Shown piece by piece: positions 13,330 through 24,519 of a DNA stretch of 64,000 nt. Location of the stretch: contig OZ316894.1 of NCBI GenBank assembly GCA_973895155.1, positions 16,476,216 through 16,540,215 of the forward strand, in the 5' to 3' direction. The number at the start of each line of letters is the position of its first letter. The stretch's first letter is position 1. The translations under genes and the position numbers were made by a program. The notes beneath the pieces are model-generated. The model was not told the DNA's origin, did not search any database, and saw only the letters and a program-made list of their open reading frames with translations. Origin of the DNA: Marsupella aquatica (lineage: Eukaryota; Plantae; Marchantiophyta).

Positions 13330-15440
13330 ATGATCAGTGAAACGGCAAGGCAGGAGGAAGAATTCAGGGATGACATTGATCATTCGGAACAGACCAATTC
13401 GTCTTCTTCTGGTGGTGGTGTTGTGGGGACAACAGTGCCTACAACGATCAGTCTAGATGATCTTCAGCAACGCGCCATGGAGAGTCCTCTGATGAGGAGG
13501 ATGGAGAGAGAGGAACGACTCCGACCCAGATTGGAGAATGGAGGAGGGCAAGAAGGGTCGATTGCAAGGAAACCGAGGGTGGGGGATCACCGTCACAATA
13601 TGGTGGTGGGGGCATCAATGAATAATTATTACTACTCAGCATCCTCAGGCTCGTCCAATTCAGGGGCGAAGGTAGATTATTACTCTAGTTGCAGCTGCAA
13701 ACTACCGGACCATCTGATCGAGAGCGTGCTGGCGAGATTGCCCGTGCAGAGCGTGTTCCGCTTCCGGTCCGTGTGTCGGGCATGGAATTCGCTCCTCTAC
13801 TCGCCGACCTTCCTCAACGCCTACTCGGAAGCCTCCTCAGCAGGAGTAGGAGGAGGTGGAGGAACAATCCACAGCCACAACAACAACAACGTCTGGTTCC
13901 TCGTCGTGACGGCCAATTTGGGGCGGTTGGGACGGTATGGGCACCGAATTGTGGCCACCTACGATCCCCAGTGCAACAATTGGCACCGAATTCCGCTCCC
14001 TGCTCCACTTTGCAGCCTTAATCCCTACCCAACGGCGGCCGACGGAGGCTTGGTTTGCTACTTTGTTTATGAGAACCGGTTACGCACTCTGTTCGTCTGC
14101 AATCCACTGACGAAGTCTCTGCGGAAGCTGCCTCTGGTGTTGAAGACTTCCTCCCACATCAGTGTGCTGAAAATGGTGATGGAGGATCGAGCTACGAGTT
14201 CTTACAAGGTGTTCGTGGCTGGCATGGTGCCCGGGGAGAATGGCAATGACAGTTTGAGCATGGAGGTGTATGACTCCGCAACCGATTGCTGGAGCACGAG
14301 TGGCATCATTCCTGCTAGGTACCTTCTGACCTTAAGCCCTTGGGCAGGAGGTGTTTGGTGTAGAGTCTCCGCGGGTTATGACATCTGAGAATTGTTTCCA
14401 ACACTGCTATCATTTGTAAAATTCTGGCATAAACATTCAGAAAATTTAGTGTCCACCCTTTCGAATATCGATACTTTGACAATCTTAGAAACTTCAATTG
14501 TAAAAGTGAGAGTTGGAAAGGATAAAGGAATGGAAGGGACACCCTATACCATTGATTTGCACATGCTAAAGATGCATGGGACTTGAACCCAGCCATCCCT
14601 CTTGGGCAGTCAGATTTGATGAAGATGGTAGAAGTTGAATGGCTAGATTCATGGGAATGGGTGTGTCCAATTTGGGCATATCACGTGGATTATCTTATTT
14701 TGTGTGGATGCACCAACAGGGGACAATGATGGTAAATTCTGGTTTGTCCTCATTTGTCTCGTAAGACTTTGCTGTTCAAGAAAAATGTAATGGATGTGAA
14801 GGGAGCTTAAATGTTGTGATTTTGAGCAAAGTACAAGTTTCTCTATCTTGTGTGCTCAATTCATCAGACTTTTCTCCTGGACAGGTATCCCAAGAGGAGA
14901 CCGGTGTACGGCAATGGAGTGCTCTACGTGAGGTGTTCTGACCAGAGGAGCTTATTACTGACGTACGATCTGAAAGAGGGTATTTGGAATAAGATCCACG
15001 CTCCCCTGCCTCATACATTAGGGATCGAGGAGCTTGTACACTACCAGGGCCACATTCTGCTGGTGGGTGTGCTAGGAGAGAACTACAAAATCGACAGCGT
15101 GTGCATCTGGGAGCTCGTGCACCAGCAGAATCCTCTTAATGTGGCTTGGAAGCAGGTGGACACTATGCCCCAAGATATGTTCGTGGAGTTTTACTGTGAC
15201 CGGGAATACTTCGAGTGCCAGGAGGACGAACGGGTGCTAATGAAGTGCTGCCAATATGGTGATCTTATTTTATGTGTGGCATTCAGCATTAGTCACCTGG
15301 GGCCTTTCAAGGTGCTGGCTTATGATCTCGCCCAAAAGCGGTGGCGTAAGCTGCCAGACTCTTTTAAAGCTCGGGAATGCAGAACGCATAAGTTCATCGA
15401 GGGTATAATTTACGAGCCGCGGTTGGACGTCATTGCATAG
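13330..15440 (+). CDS. F-box/kelch-like (F-box-associated) protein; start codon uncertain
   Basis: F-box LPDHLIESVLARLPVQSVFRFRSVCRAWNSLL, followed by AADGGLVC, LFVCNPLTKSLRKLP, YKVFVAG, MEVYDSATDCW. Intron 14319-14884 (GT..AG) joins in frame to RYPKRRPVYGNGVLY...YEPRLDVIA*. The first in-frame ATG is 13330. Confidence 0.88.
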
Positions 15441-17883
15441 CAACAGCACATAAAGCCTCATCCTCTATAGGGCCTCACCCGGTACCACCTTATCGACAAT
15501 AATTGCGCTGTGAGGTGCTTTGGAATCCTCTCCTGAAAAGGGAATAATTGCAGAAATTTGGACATACTGTTATGTTTCGGCAAAGGCATTTCAGGTATTC
15601 AATCTATGGCAGGTTACTGAGGTTTCTACACATGCACTAATGCATTCATTGGCAGAGATTGTGGCCAGTAATTTGCTTACTAGTCGGCAGCATACATTGA
15701 TAGAGATGAGTGCCTCTTCTGCCCGATGTGCTGAAGGTCTTCAAGGGCATCCTCGGTATGGTAGAAGCTGTAGACGATGGTTGACGGACGGATCCTATCT
15801 GTCATCCTCAACCGTGCGAACTAGAAAACGGAAGGCAACCTGCGACGTCTGCCACTTACTGATTTGTCAAGATCAACAGTGAGTGTCATGAAAGGCAATT
15901 CCAATTCTCCGATGATGAATGATATTGTGAAGTGTGTGACATAAAGTGAGGTCAGTTGTTATCTTCTGCTTCTACACTTTCGTCCCACCTTCCAATGAAG
16001 GTTTTGTGCCAGAGATCTGGTCAGACAAATGTTTCAGTTATCCTATATAAGAGGATACTCCGCGGGTTTTGAAAGTTTAGTAAGATGCCAATAAGATCAG
16101 TGATTTTCAGTATGCACTAGATTTAGAAGATGACTGGAATCCCGAGAAGATTGTAAACTATCCAAATCAATGATTGCGACGGAAGATGACCGCGAACTCA
16201 TTTTTCCTCGAGTATGTAGAGAAGATTCGGTGGGCAAGTTTTGCATGAGAGTACGTAGATGAGTACAAGCACGTAATAAACGGTTATCTAAAAGGCAGGA
16301 TACTACTCTTGTATGGTTATATCTAAATAGTTTTTTTGTTAAACTATTGAGCTAAGATAATTGGAAGGTATCGTTCTGGTTGTTGGGTGTAGGGTCGACT
16401 TTAACAACCGATTTCTGGTTTACAGCCGATTTCTGGTTTACAGCCGACCTTCCACCCCGATATTGTTTCAGTGGATCTTTCCGATTGGATCATAAGGTTG
16501 GAATCCGCAGGAAGGTACGTGTGTACTTAGCAAGGAAGTACAATTCTGGTAAAAACGCCGAGTCTTTCAGGTTCCCATTGCTAATCTGCTTGTGAAACAT
16601 TCTCTGAGCTGGTCAGCTTCTTTTCTTGAGATGCTGAACGATAACTGCGTACTTGATTAAGCTAAAGGTTAAACCAAAAAATCCCAACAATGTAAAGGAT
16701 TTGAAACGTGGTAGAAAACAATTCTCTCTGTCTGCGTTGACATAAATAGGAGTGACGATCCAAGTAGAGAGTTTCTGTTTAGATTCCTGAGCGAAATTCT
16801 CTTTGTTTCCATGTCGGCAAAAAAGGAAAGCTGACTACCGTCAGACGTGAGTGCAGGATCCAAGTGAACTCTTGGGTGAAAATGATTCTGCGGCAGTAGT
16901 GTGCTCTCGACTTTTACAGGAAAATCATTTACAAGTGGACATAGTTCAAGTGAGAACCTTCTGCTCAGGATTCCAGGTCGACAAGAATTGTCACTCGCGC
17001 ACCAGTGCTCTTTTGACACGACAACGAGAGTCGCCAATATTCCGATATGGCAGGATCCAGGTGGAAGATCTATTGCTCGTCATGCTGGGCGAAAGAGAAT
17101 GTTGCCTTGGCACTCGCGCCATGTTGACACCCACAAGAGCTTCCGAAGCGCTTATTTCTGGGGGCAGAATTCAAATGAGGACCAACGCCGTGTTCATAGG
17201 ACAGGAGAGTCACTATCATTCGTATGTGAGGGCAGGATCAAAATGAAATCTTCTGCTGAGTATTTTGGGCGAAATTACGTGAATTGGGCGACATGATGAC
17301 ATGTGAACGTAAGATCCAATCAAAGATCTTTTGGTCGCACATCCTGGGCGAAAACAATTGTCCTGTTGCCAGGAAGAAGAGTTCTTACATTTGTGTCGCG
17401 GCTACATTTTACACATGTGCGTTCTGTTATGAATCCATCACCATCACCATCTTGGCTTTAGAAAGGGCAGTGGCCCTGGTGTCCTGTCGACACGAAGTGC
17501 AAAATCATTCCATAATTCTGTAGATGGATATATTGTACACATCTGGAAGCATTGTTTCCAGTGTCTATAATTTGATTGGAGTAATCATCCTCCCTATCAC
17601 AGAAGCTAGTTTTGCACCCGTTACCATTCCTGCATTGCTCCTGAAATTTCGATGCTGCACGTATGATTCAAATTCATAATTAGTCCCAATTCAGAAGCTA
17701 TGACAATGGAGAGAGATTGTGTGATCACAGCCATTAGGCCCGGCCAACGGCAAGGTTGTCCTAGATGTCAATCGTCCTTATATTTGGGCCAGGATTGGGG
17801 CGGGGTAATTGCTGGACTCAGACGAGAAATTGAGATCTAAAGTCTCTCGAAATGTTGACAGCTGCATCTAACTTATGGAATAA

Positions 17884-18297
17884 CTATACCCAGCTGCCAG
17901 ATTGGAGCTGTGTCTTGTCAAAAGCTTGGGAGGCTGCAGCCATCATGCTCTGCTCCTCAGGCGAGGCTTGCTCCCCACATAAACACTGGTACAGAGCGAG
18001 GAAACCTTCAACGTCCACAACGGCACCACCACCACCTCCCGGACTCGTATCGCTGCGAAGTGTCCTTCCATTGCCATAGACGAGGAGGAGAGTCTCCGCC
18101 TCACTCTCCGATATCTCGAATGCTAGTACCCGGCTCATGAACCCCCGCAGATCCGCCGCGCAGATCAGCCCGTCGTTGTTCTCGTCCACGCACGTGAACA
18201 CCTCACTCAGCTCCTCAGCAGTCGGAGTTGAAGAATAATTCAACTCTCGAAGGTGATGCTGATATTTCATCATGTTTACTAGTACCGGAGAGTTCAT
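17884..18297 (-). CDS. Calmodulin-like EF-hand protein, apparently C-terminally truncated (possible pseudogene)
   Basis: EELSEVFTCVDENNDGLICAADL (EF-hand 1), a degenerate second hand VDVEGFLALY, then EEQSMMAAASQAFDK, which stops at the start of the expected third loop. Confidence 0.7.
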   Translation of the reverse strand: MNSPVLVNMMKYQHHLRELNYSSTPTAEELSEVFTCVDENNDGLICAADLRGFMSRVLAFEISESEAETLLLVYGNGRTLRSDTSPGGGGGAVVDVEGFLALYQCLCGEQASPEEQSMMAAASQAFDKTQLQSGSWV

Positions 18298-20027
18298 GGT
18301 TGAGTGGTCGTGGGAGAGCTCTCCACTAAGATGTGCCTCCTCTTCTTCTCGCTCTTCTTCTCTGCTGAAGATTTTGTGTCGGTCGTGAGAAAGAGATAAT
18401 CTCAGCCGGTCTGTCGATGTAGTGATTTTCGCGATTTAAGCCCCATGACCTTTCGTCCCTACAGTGGCAGTCAGAGTGGAGGAATCCGAATCGGTGCGAT
18501 TTGAGAAAGCCTTTTCGTGATAGACATATATGTAAGTATGGCCTATTTCTGAGCCTGGGCCGCTGCGGATGGGAAGCAAACTATGTTTTTTCCTCGACTG
18601 ACAATGCCGCAGACATGTATTTATATTCACTACGATGATGGGTACAGACGCCAGTGGCCCAGCGAGAACTTTTATTAGAACGTTCTGATGCGAAAGCTCT
18701 TCAGCCTCGTGATGGAGTGCCCTTCAACCTTCTCTCGATCACAGACTGATAACCGTCGGTCCTTCTCTGAAGGTCAATCGCGTGATAGAGTGAATGACCT
18801 TCTGTTTATGACAAGTAGTTGGAATGGAAAGCTCTCGCTCGCCTCTTCATGATGAAATGCCCGTTAATCTGGTGGTAGAATTGCCTGCAGTTTTCTCTCA
18901 GTGTAGATTCCACTTGACGTGTTGGAAAGCCCTTTAATTTAGCCTTCCGATCGAATGCCCTTTACTTTCTCGATAAGCGGTCTCCTCAACTGATACATCA
19001 TAGGCTTGCATTGGCACCGTCCCCTTTCATGTCCGACATTTGAAAGATTTTCGCAGCCAGACACAGTCATGGGATCTCCTCTGAACCGAAGACTCTGTCA
19101 ATCAGATAGAATCATTGGACCTCTAATTGATCTCAACGTCCCAATTGATTCACAAGCCGATTCAATCAGACAACGAAACCAGCACTCTCCAAAGTGCCTG
19201 TTCTGCTGATTCAAGGAAAAAATCAACGCCTGTACTCTCCTGAAGAATGTTCGGTCCTCAACAACTCGAGCAAAAACCAAAAACCTCCGATACACTTGTC
19301 TGCTTCTCTAGCTTAACTCCGAGATCGTTGATCACAACCGAAACGGGATGGACAGTCTCAAGAATCGAATGCAGTCCAATCCAATCCAATCCAATCTAAT
19401 CACCCTGCACGAATGCAGCTTTGTTGTCAAGATCTACCACACCAGCGATCGAGCGCCGGGCTGGAATGCAATAATCTCGTCACCGTCACAATTCACTCAT
19501 ATTATTGTATTATTACTTCTCACAAACTTGAACATCCTCACTTCCTGTTTAAGTAGCACCCCGGCCCCATGATCGACTCAAACGATCCCTCCAGTTTACA
19601 GCACTGTAGCATTCAGTGCACCGGTCGTTTCGGCACTCGAAATCATGGAAAACGCCGGGCTGGAAAGACCCTGTCTCGCTCCTTTGTACAGAGGTCGATC
19701 TAATTCGACCCAATTGGAGTATTGGACACTTTGACTCAAGCAACCCTTTCGTAAAAATTCAGCAAGCTAGAAAGCGCACTTTGGTATGATACTATGATCA
19801 TTAAATTAATTAAATCTATTCATGATTCTGCCAACTACCTTTTCGTACGGGACGTTCAACAACATCAAAACGCCGGGCCAGAATTTATCTACCCCAGGCA
19901 GAATCGAAACAGATAACACCGATTGTTTCTCTTCACCCACCACCGTCTACTCTTCGTCTTCTAATATTATAGTATGCAATATCCCAATTTATTTTTCATG
20001 GTTTGAATATGAAATGTAGTCTTGGCA

Positions 20028-20206
20028 GAAGTATTTGCTTGATGGACCCCCAAAATGAAACATTTTACTTGATTGACCCCCTAAGGTCTATCAATGGTCC
20101 AGATCTGAGATCAAAAAGTCCATCAATGGTTCAAATTGGAGAAAAGTATCAAGGGGGTTGATTAAGCCAACTTTTTCCAGAAGGGGGTCTACTAAGCATA
20201 TCTCTC
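20028..20206. mobile_element. ~180 bp MITE, copy 1 (Mutator-like)
   Basis: Near-identical to 21857-22033. Imperfect terminal inverted repeats (gtatttgcttgatggacccc / ggggtctactaagcatat). Flanks gtcttggca / gttttggca form a 9-bp duplication with one mismatch. Confidence 0.75.
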
Positions 20207-21856
20207 GTTTTGGCACGAGGCCTCAGTGAAAGTGATCTCCCATGGATCACAAGGTTGGTCTTTCGAACCCCCATGGACCACATTTCCCAAAATCCGAGTT
20301 TATTTGTAATAACTTGATGATCATAAATTGAATTATTTTCTAGTTTTGCAGATGTGCTAGGGGAGTGGGTAAGCTACAGTTCCATTAAAGTGACAATGAC
20401 TATTTGGCCATTTTGGTTGAGATATTCATTATGGAATGCAGAGGCGTAAATTCTAATAGATTAATTTTCATTGTGTTAATATGAAATATTAGGGATTGTG
20501 TTTTTCTTTTGTCTCTCTCCTTCTCTAGTTACCTTGCAGGTGAGAAACTAAAAATTATCTCAATACTCATAATCATCAAGTCATAAACCCAAAACTCCCA
20601 TGGACCACCCAAATGTGATCCACTGGAGCACTGTGTCCAGCATGGAGGCCCATCCGGGCTTCACTTTCTGGTTTGTTTATGAAATGTTGTTCATGATCTT
20701 CTTTATGAAATGTTGTTTTGGCCGGAGGCCTCCCTTCCTGTTGAATTGTGGTAACATTTTTCCTAACCAAACAATGCACCAATTTTTCCACGTCCAGCCT
20801 TCACTCTTCCCAAGCTCCCTCCAGCTAATGCATTCTTTGAAATCCAGTTGCCATGTCTATATGTTGACAACTCACAATGTCCAATGCCTGACAATCTCAC
20901 TTATGTTCAGCAAAATTTGTTGTGTAACCCACAAGCATTGGGTTATTTAAATCTAAATCAATTTAAAATGCTATAATTGTTGCTCTTTGTTTCTCACAGT
21001 CTGTTTCCTAAATGTCATAATTATGTGGGGAAGCTCCCACGCCCATTTGAGATGAACCTAAATGGTGCCACTATGCATGTTTCCTACCCTTGACCGGTCA
21101 CTCTCCTTGCAATCCAGTCGCCAGATTGACTTATGTACTGCCAACATTGTCAAACTACCTGAGCATCTCACTTATGTCCATAACACTTCCATTTGACATC
21201 TCTTATTATGGATCTCAGATCTCTGCAAGCATGGGCGTTGGGCTACTATCACTATGAACAAAGAGGCATCCAAAGCTGCCCTCTAGTTTCACATTCACTC
21301 CTTTACATAGTGATTCAAAAATGATGCTACCATAGAGCAAGCCCGTGAACCATACAATCCCCATGGGCTGTGACACCTTTTAAACCTACACAAAGGTACT
21401 GACGAGTCACTTAACCAGTCAGCTACCACAATGTGGAGAGCTAAAAAGGATCATGCATGCATGTCATTCAATGTTGTGTAAAAGGGAGCCTTGCATTGGG
21501 GGAGGGGTCCCAAGGACAATATGCCTGGGAATTTCACCCTCACCCTCACGGCCCGCACTAATATAGCACCCTACCAGGAACCCCCTCTCCTGCCAGACCT
21601 GACAGCAATATTTGTGGAATCCATGGGCAAGGGCCGGAAAGGTCCGGACCTTTGATCCCATAGTAAAACAAAAACAGACCTTGCAGGGTAGTAGTTGCTG
21701 TTGCTAATCCAGATGTGCTTTTCACCAAGTATTTTGCAAGTGCTAAGGGCTGCCAGATGCAAGTTGGGCCTTAGTTCCACAGTTGGCTCACCAGGACCTT
21801 ACCACCAACTAGTGTCAAGGACTAGAGGTTTCACTCTAGACCATAGGGTTTCATAG

Positions 21857-22033
21857 GAGGTATTTGCTTGATGGACCCCCAAAATGAAACTTGTTACTTG
21901 ATAGACCCCCTGAGGTCTATCAACGGTCCAGATCTGAGATTAAAAGGTCCATCAACGGTCCAGATTGAAGAAAAGTATAGGGGGTTGAATAAGCAAACTT
22001 TTTCCAGAAAGGGGTCTACTAAGTATATCTCTC
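21857..22033. mobile_element. ~180 bp MITE, copy 2 (Mutator-like)
   Basis: Same sequence family as 20028-20206. Flanks ggtttcatag / gatttcatag differ by one base and are unlike the copy 1 flanks. Confidence 0.75.
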
Positions 22034-22393
22034 GATTTCATAGGGTGCTAATTATTAAGTCACATGTAATTATGTTTTGCGCTACCTGAATTACCACTAA
22101 GGTACATGATTGAGCTGGTGTCCGCCCCCTTCCCTCCCTCATGGAACCCTGCCCGAAGTGTTGAGGTGCTCCCTGCCCTAACTCCACATCCTCATGCATT
22201 CCGTTTAGGGCACAACAGGGTTTTTAATTAGGTCTCCGGACTCGAGCTGAAACTCCTCTTTCTCGAGCATTTTCTCGAGGCGCATACGAAGTGGAGAATT
22301 TGCCGCACAGCTCCAGATCTCCGCATCATTGACATTCCATCGGAGGAAAGAGCTCGACAAAGCTGCGGCTGCTGCTGCTTCTAGTCTACAAAG

Positions 22394-22828
22394 ATGGCCA
22401 CTGCGACGGAGTCCGTCCAGTGCTTCGGCCGGAAGAAAACGGCCGTGGCAGTGACATACTGCAAAAAGGGAAGGGGTTTGATCAAAATCAATGGGTGCCC
22501 TATCGAGCTCGTCGAGCCGGAGATCCTCCGCTACAAGGCGTTCGAGCCGATTCTGCTGCTCGGCCGTGCCAGGTTCGCGAACGTGGACATGCGCATTCGG
22601 GTGAGAGGCGGAGGCCACACTTCGCAGATTTATGCGATTCGCCAGAGCATCGCCAAGGCGCTCGTGGCCTACTTCCAGAAGTACGTGGATGAGCAGTCCA
22701 AGAAGGAGATCAAGGACATTCTGCTCCGCTACGATCGGACTCTGCTGGTGGCTGACCCCAGACGGTGTGAGCCGAAGAAGTTCGGAGGACGTGGCGCTCG
22801 CTCGAGATTCCAGAAGTCTTACCGTTGA
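22394..22828 (+). CDS. RPS16: 40S ribosomal protein S16 (uS9), intronless coding region
   Basis: Intact 144-aa ORF: [58 protein letters not shown]. Strong GC3-rich codon bias. Confidence 0.99.
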   Translation: MATATESVQCFGRKKTAVAVTYCKKGRGLIKINGCPIELVEPEILRYKAFEPILLLGRARFANVDMRIRVRGGGHTSQIYAIRQSIAKALVAYFQKYVDEQSKKEIKDILLRYDRTLLVADPRRCEPKKFGGRGARSRFQKSYR

Positions 22829-24356
22829 GAAGAAGGTATTAGGGTTTTTTTCATTCACTGGGAAGAGTAGAAAAATGGGCGACGAGCCAGATTTAGGATT
22901 TGGTAGGATTGTGAAATTGTATTTCCATGCTCCTAGAAGAAATGGAAGCGCCGTCTTCCTTTGGGTCTCGTGTCCTCAAACTTTGGGTATAATCCTGAAG
23001 AACGAGTTGCTTTTGGCACAGAAACAGAATGAAATTTGGTATTAGTGGGTACATTGATTGATACCGAGCTAGGTCTAGAATTCAACAAGACGGCGAAGAC
23101 TATGTCCCGTGCTGCTTTCGGTGTTCGAATGTGGTGGGTAGTTTGTGCAGGAGGATTTTGCATTGAATGGAAATCAATTTTTTACGCTGCTGATGCTTCT
23201 TGGCATGATAATTAAGAAATGATGAATGGTACCGAATTGGCTTGGAAGGCTAGGTGTGTGGTTTTTAGTTAGGGATAATTCAGTGACCGAAGGAATAGAA
23301 GAGTCGTCAGGGTTTCCTTGTCCTTGCTTAAGTATCTTCTTGCTGGATGATTGAAAAGAACAAAGATATTGTTTCGTTGGAGGACAGCTCACTTCTCATA
23401 AGACGCCTTGTAAGTGGGGTTTGTTTCCTCAATTGCTTGTTTACCGCTGACAAAGGCCTTGATGTCGAAGCTTTGCTCGTCTTTTCACTCTCTTTTCTGG
23501 TATATTCTCATCAATTCGTCTGAACGACGTCACAGACGGCCTTTTTGGATGGATGTGGACTTCATGGCTGTCCGTGGTGGCTACACCGCATCTTGATGGG
23601 CATGGATATTTACACATGTGTTACAGAGGGCAGTGGAAGACAAATTTTCCTTGATGCATCATTTCCCTCGAGTCTAAATAGGAACTGTGTGTAGACTCTG
23701 TGTCAGTGCTGTGCATTACAGGGCTTCCTCTACCATGTCGAGCATCGGTGGGCACGTCTACTGCGATGGGCCCTTTTGTGAGAACCTTCCCCGGGCCATC
23801 CAAGGACAGAAACTGCCTGATATCTATCCCTGTCAAGGCCATTGAGAGTTTCGTCTTTGACTTCCTCGTCGTCAACTGTCTGCCAATTTTAGTGTTGATG
23901 TAGGCTTTCTGATCCCATTCACAGAGCTAAACTTTCTGCCCCAACTTGGGCAGATAAAGATAAAGAGAGGTCTTTGCGTTCACGAGTACTGTGTATCATG
24001 TTCTTGGGTCTCCCTTGGGAGACGCGTCAGTTCTCTTCTGAGTCATGCAAGCGCAAATGTGCAGCGAAAATGTAGTACCGATTTAACCATGGCAAATACC
24101 TAGATGACATGAAGTGCCCAGATAAGAGCAAAAGTAGCGGCCGGGAGTCAAAGTTCCAGAGTAATTGCTTTGGAAGCATCAATTCCACACCGATATGAAT
24201 ATCAATCGATATGATGCAGGTTTTCAAATTTCCGTCCCACCTGGTGCACGATTGAGCGTACTTTACAGATGTTTCAGACCAACACGGCACCCATGTGCAC
24301 ATCTCAGCAGTCACTACAGTGAGAGAAGAACGAGGTCTAGTTACAGTGTGAGCAGG

Positions 24357-24519
24357 GGGCTCAAGGCTTCGTTCCATCCAGATTGTAACCTCCAGAGCTC
24401 TGCTTGATCTATCTGAATGCAACATGCAACACTATGTGGGCTCAAGGCTTCGTTCCATCCAGATTGTAACCTCCAGAGCTCTGCTTGATCTATCTGAATG
24501 CAACATGCAACACTATGTG
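24357..24519. repeat. Perfect 81-bp tandem duplication
   Basis: gggctcaaggcttcgttccatcc...caacactatgt begins at 24357 and again at 24438, with no differences seen. Confidence 0.95.

Noticed and set aside
14790-14811. atggatgtgaagggagctta resembling miR159/319
   Set aside because: It needs an indel to match, and no complementary star arm is visible nearby.
16669-17296. Three overlapping 120-130 aa ORFs
   Set aside because: They have non-ATG starts or lack domain motifs, and no exon structure could be supported.
22205-23045. Long ORFs overlapping RPS16 (217 aa antisense, 137 aa and 90 aa shifted)
   Set aside because: They are shadows of GC3-biased RPS16 codons with no recognisable motifs.
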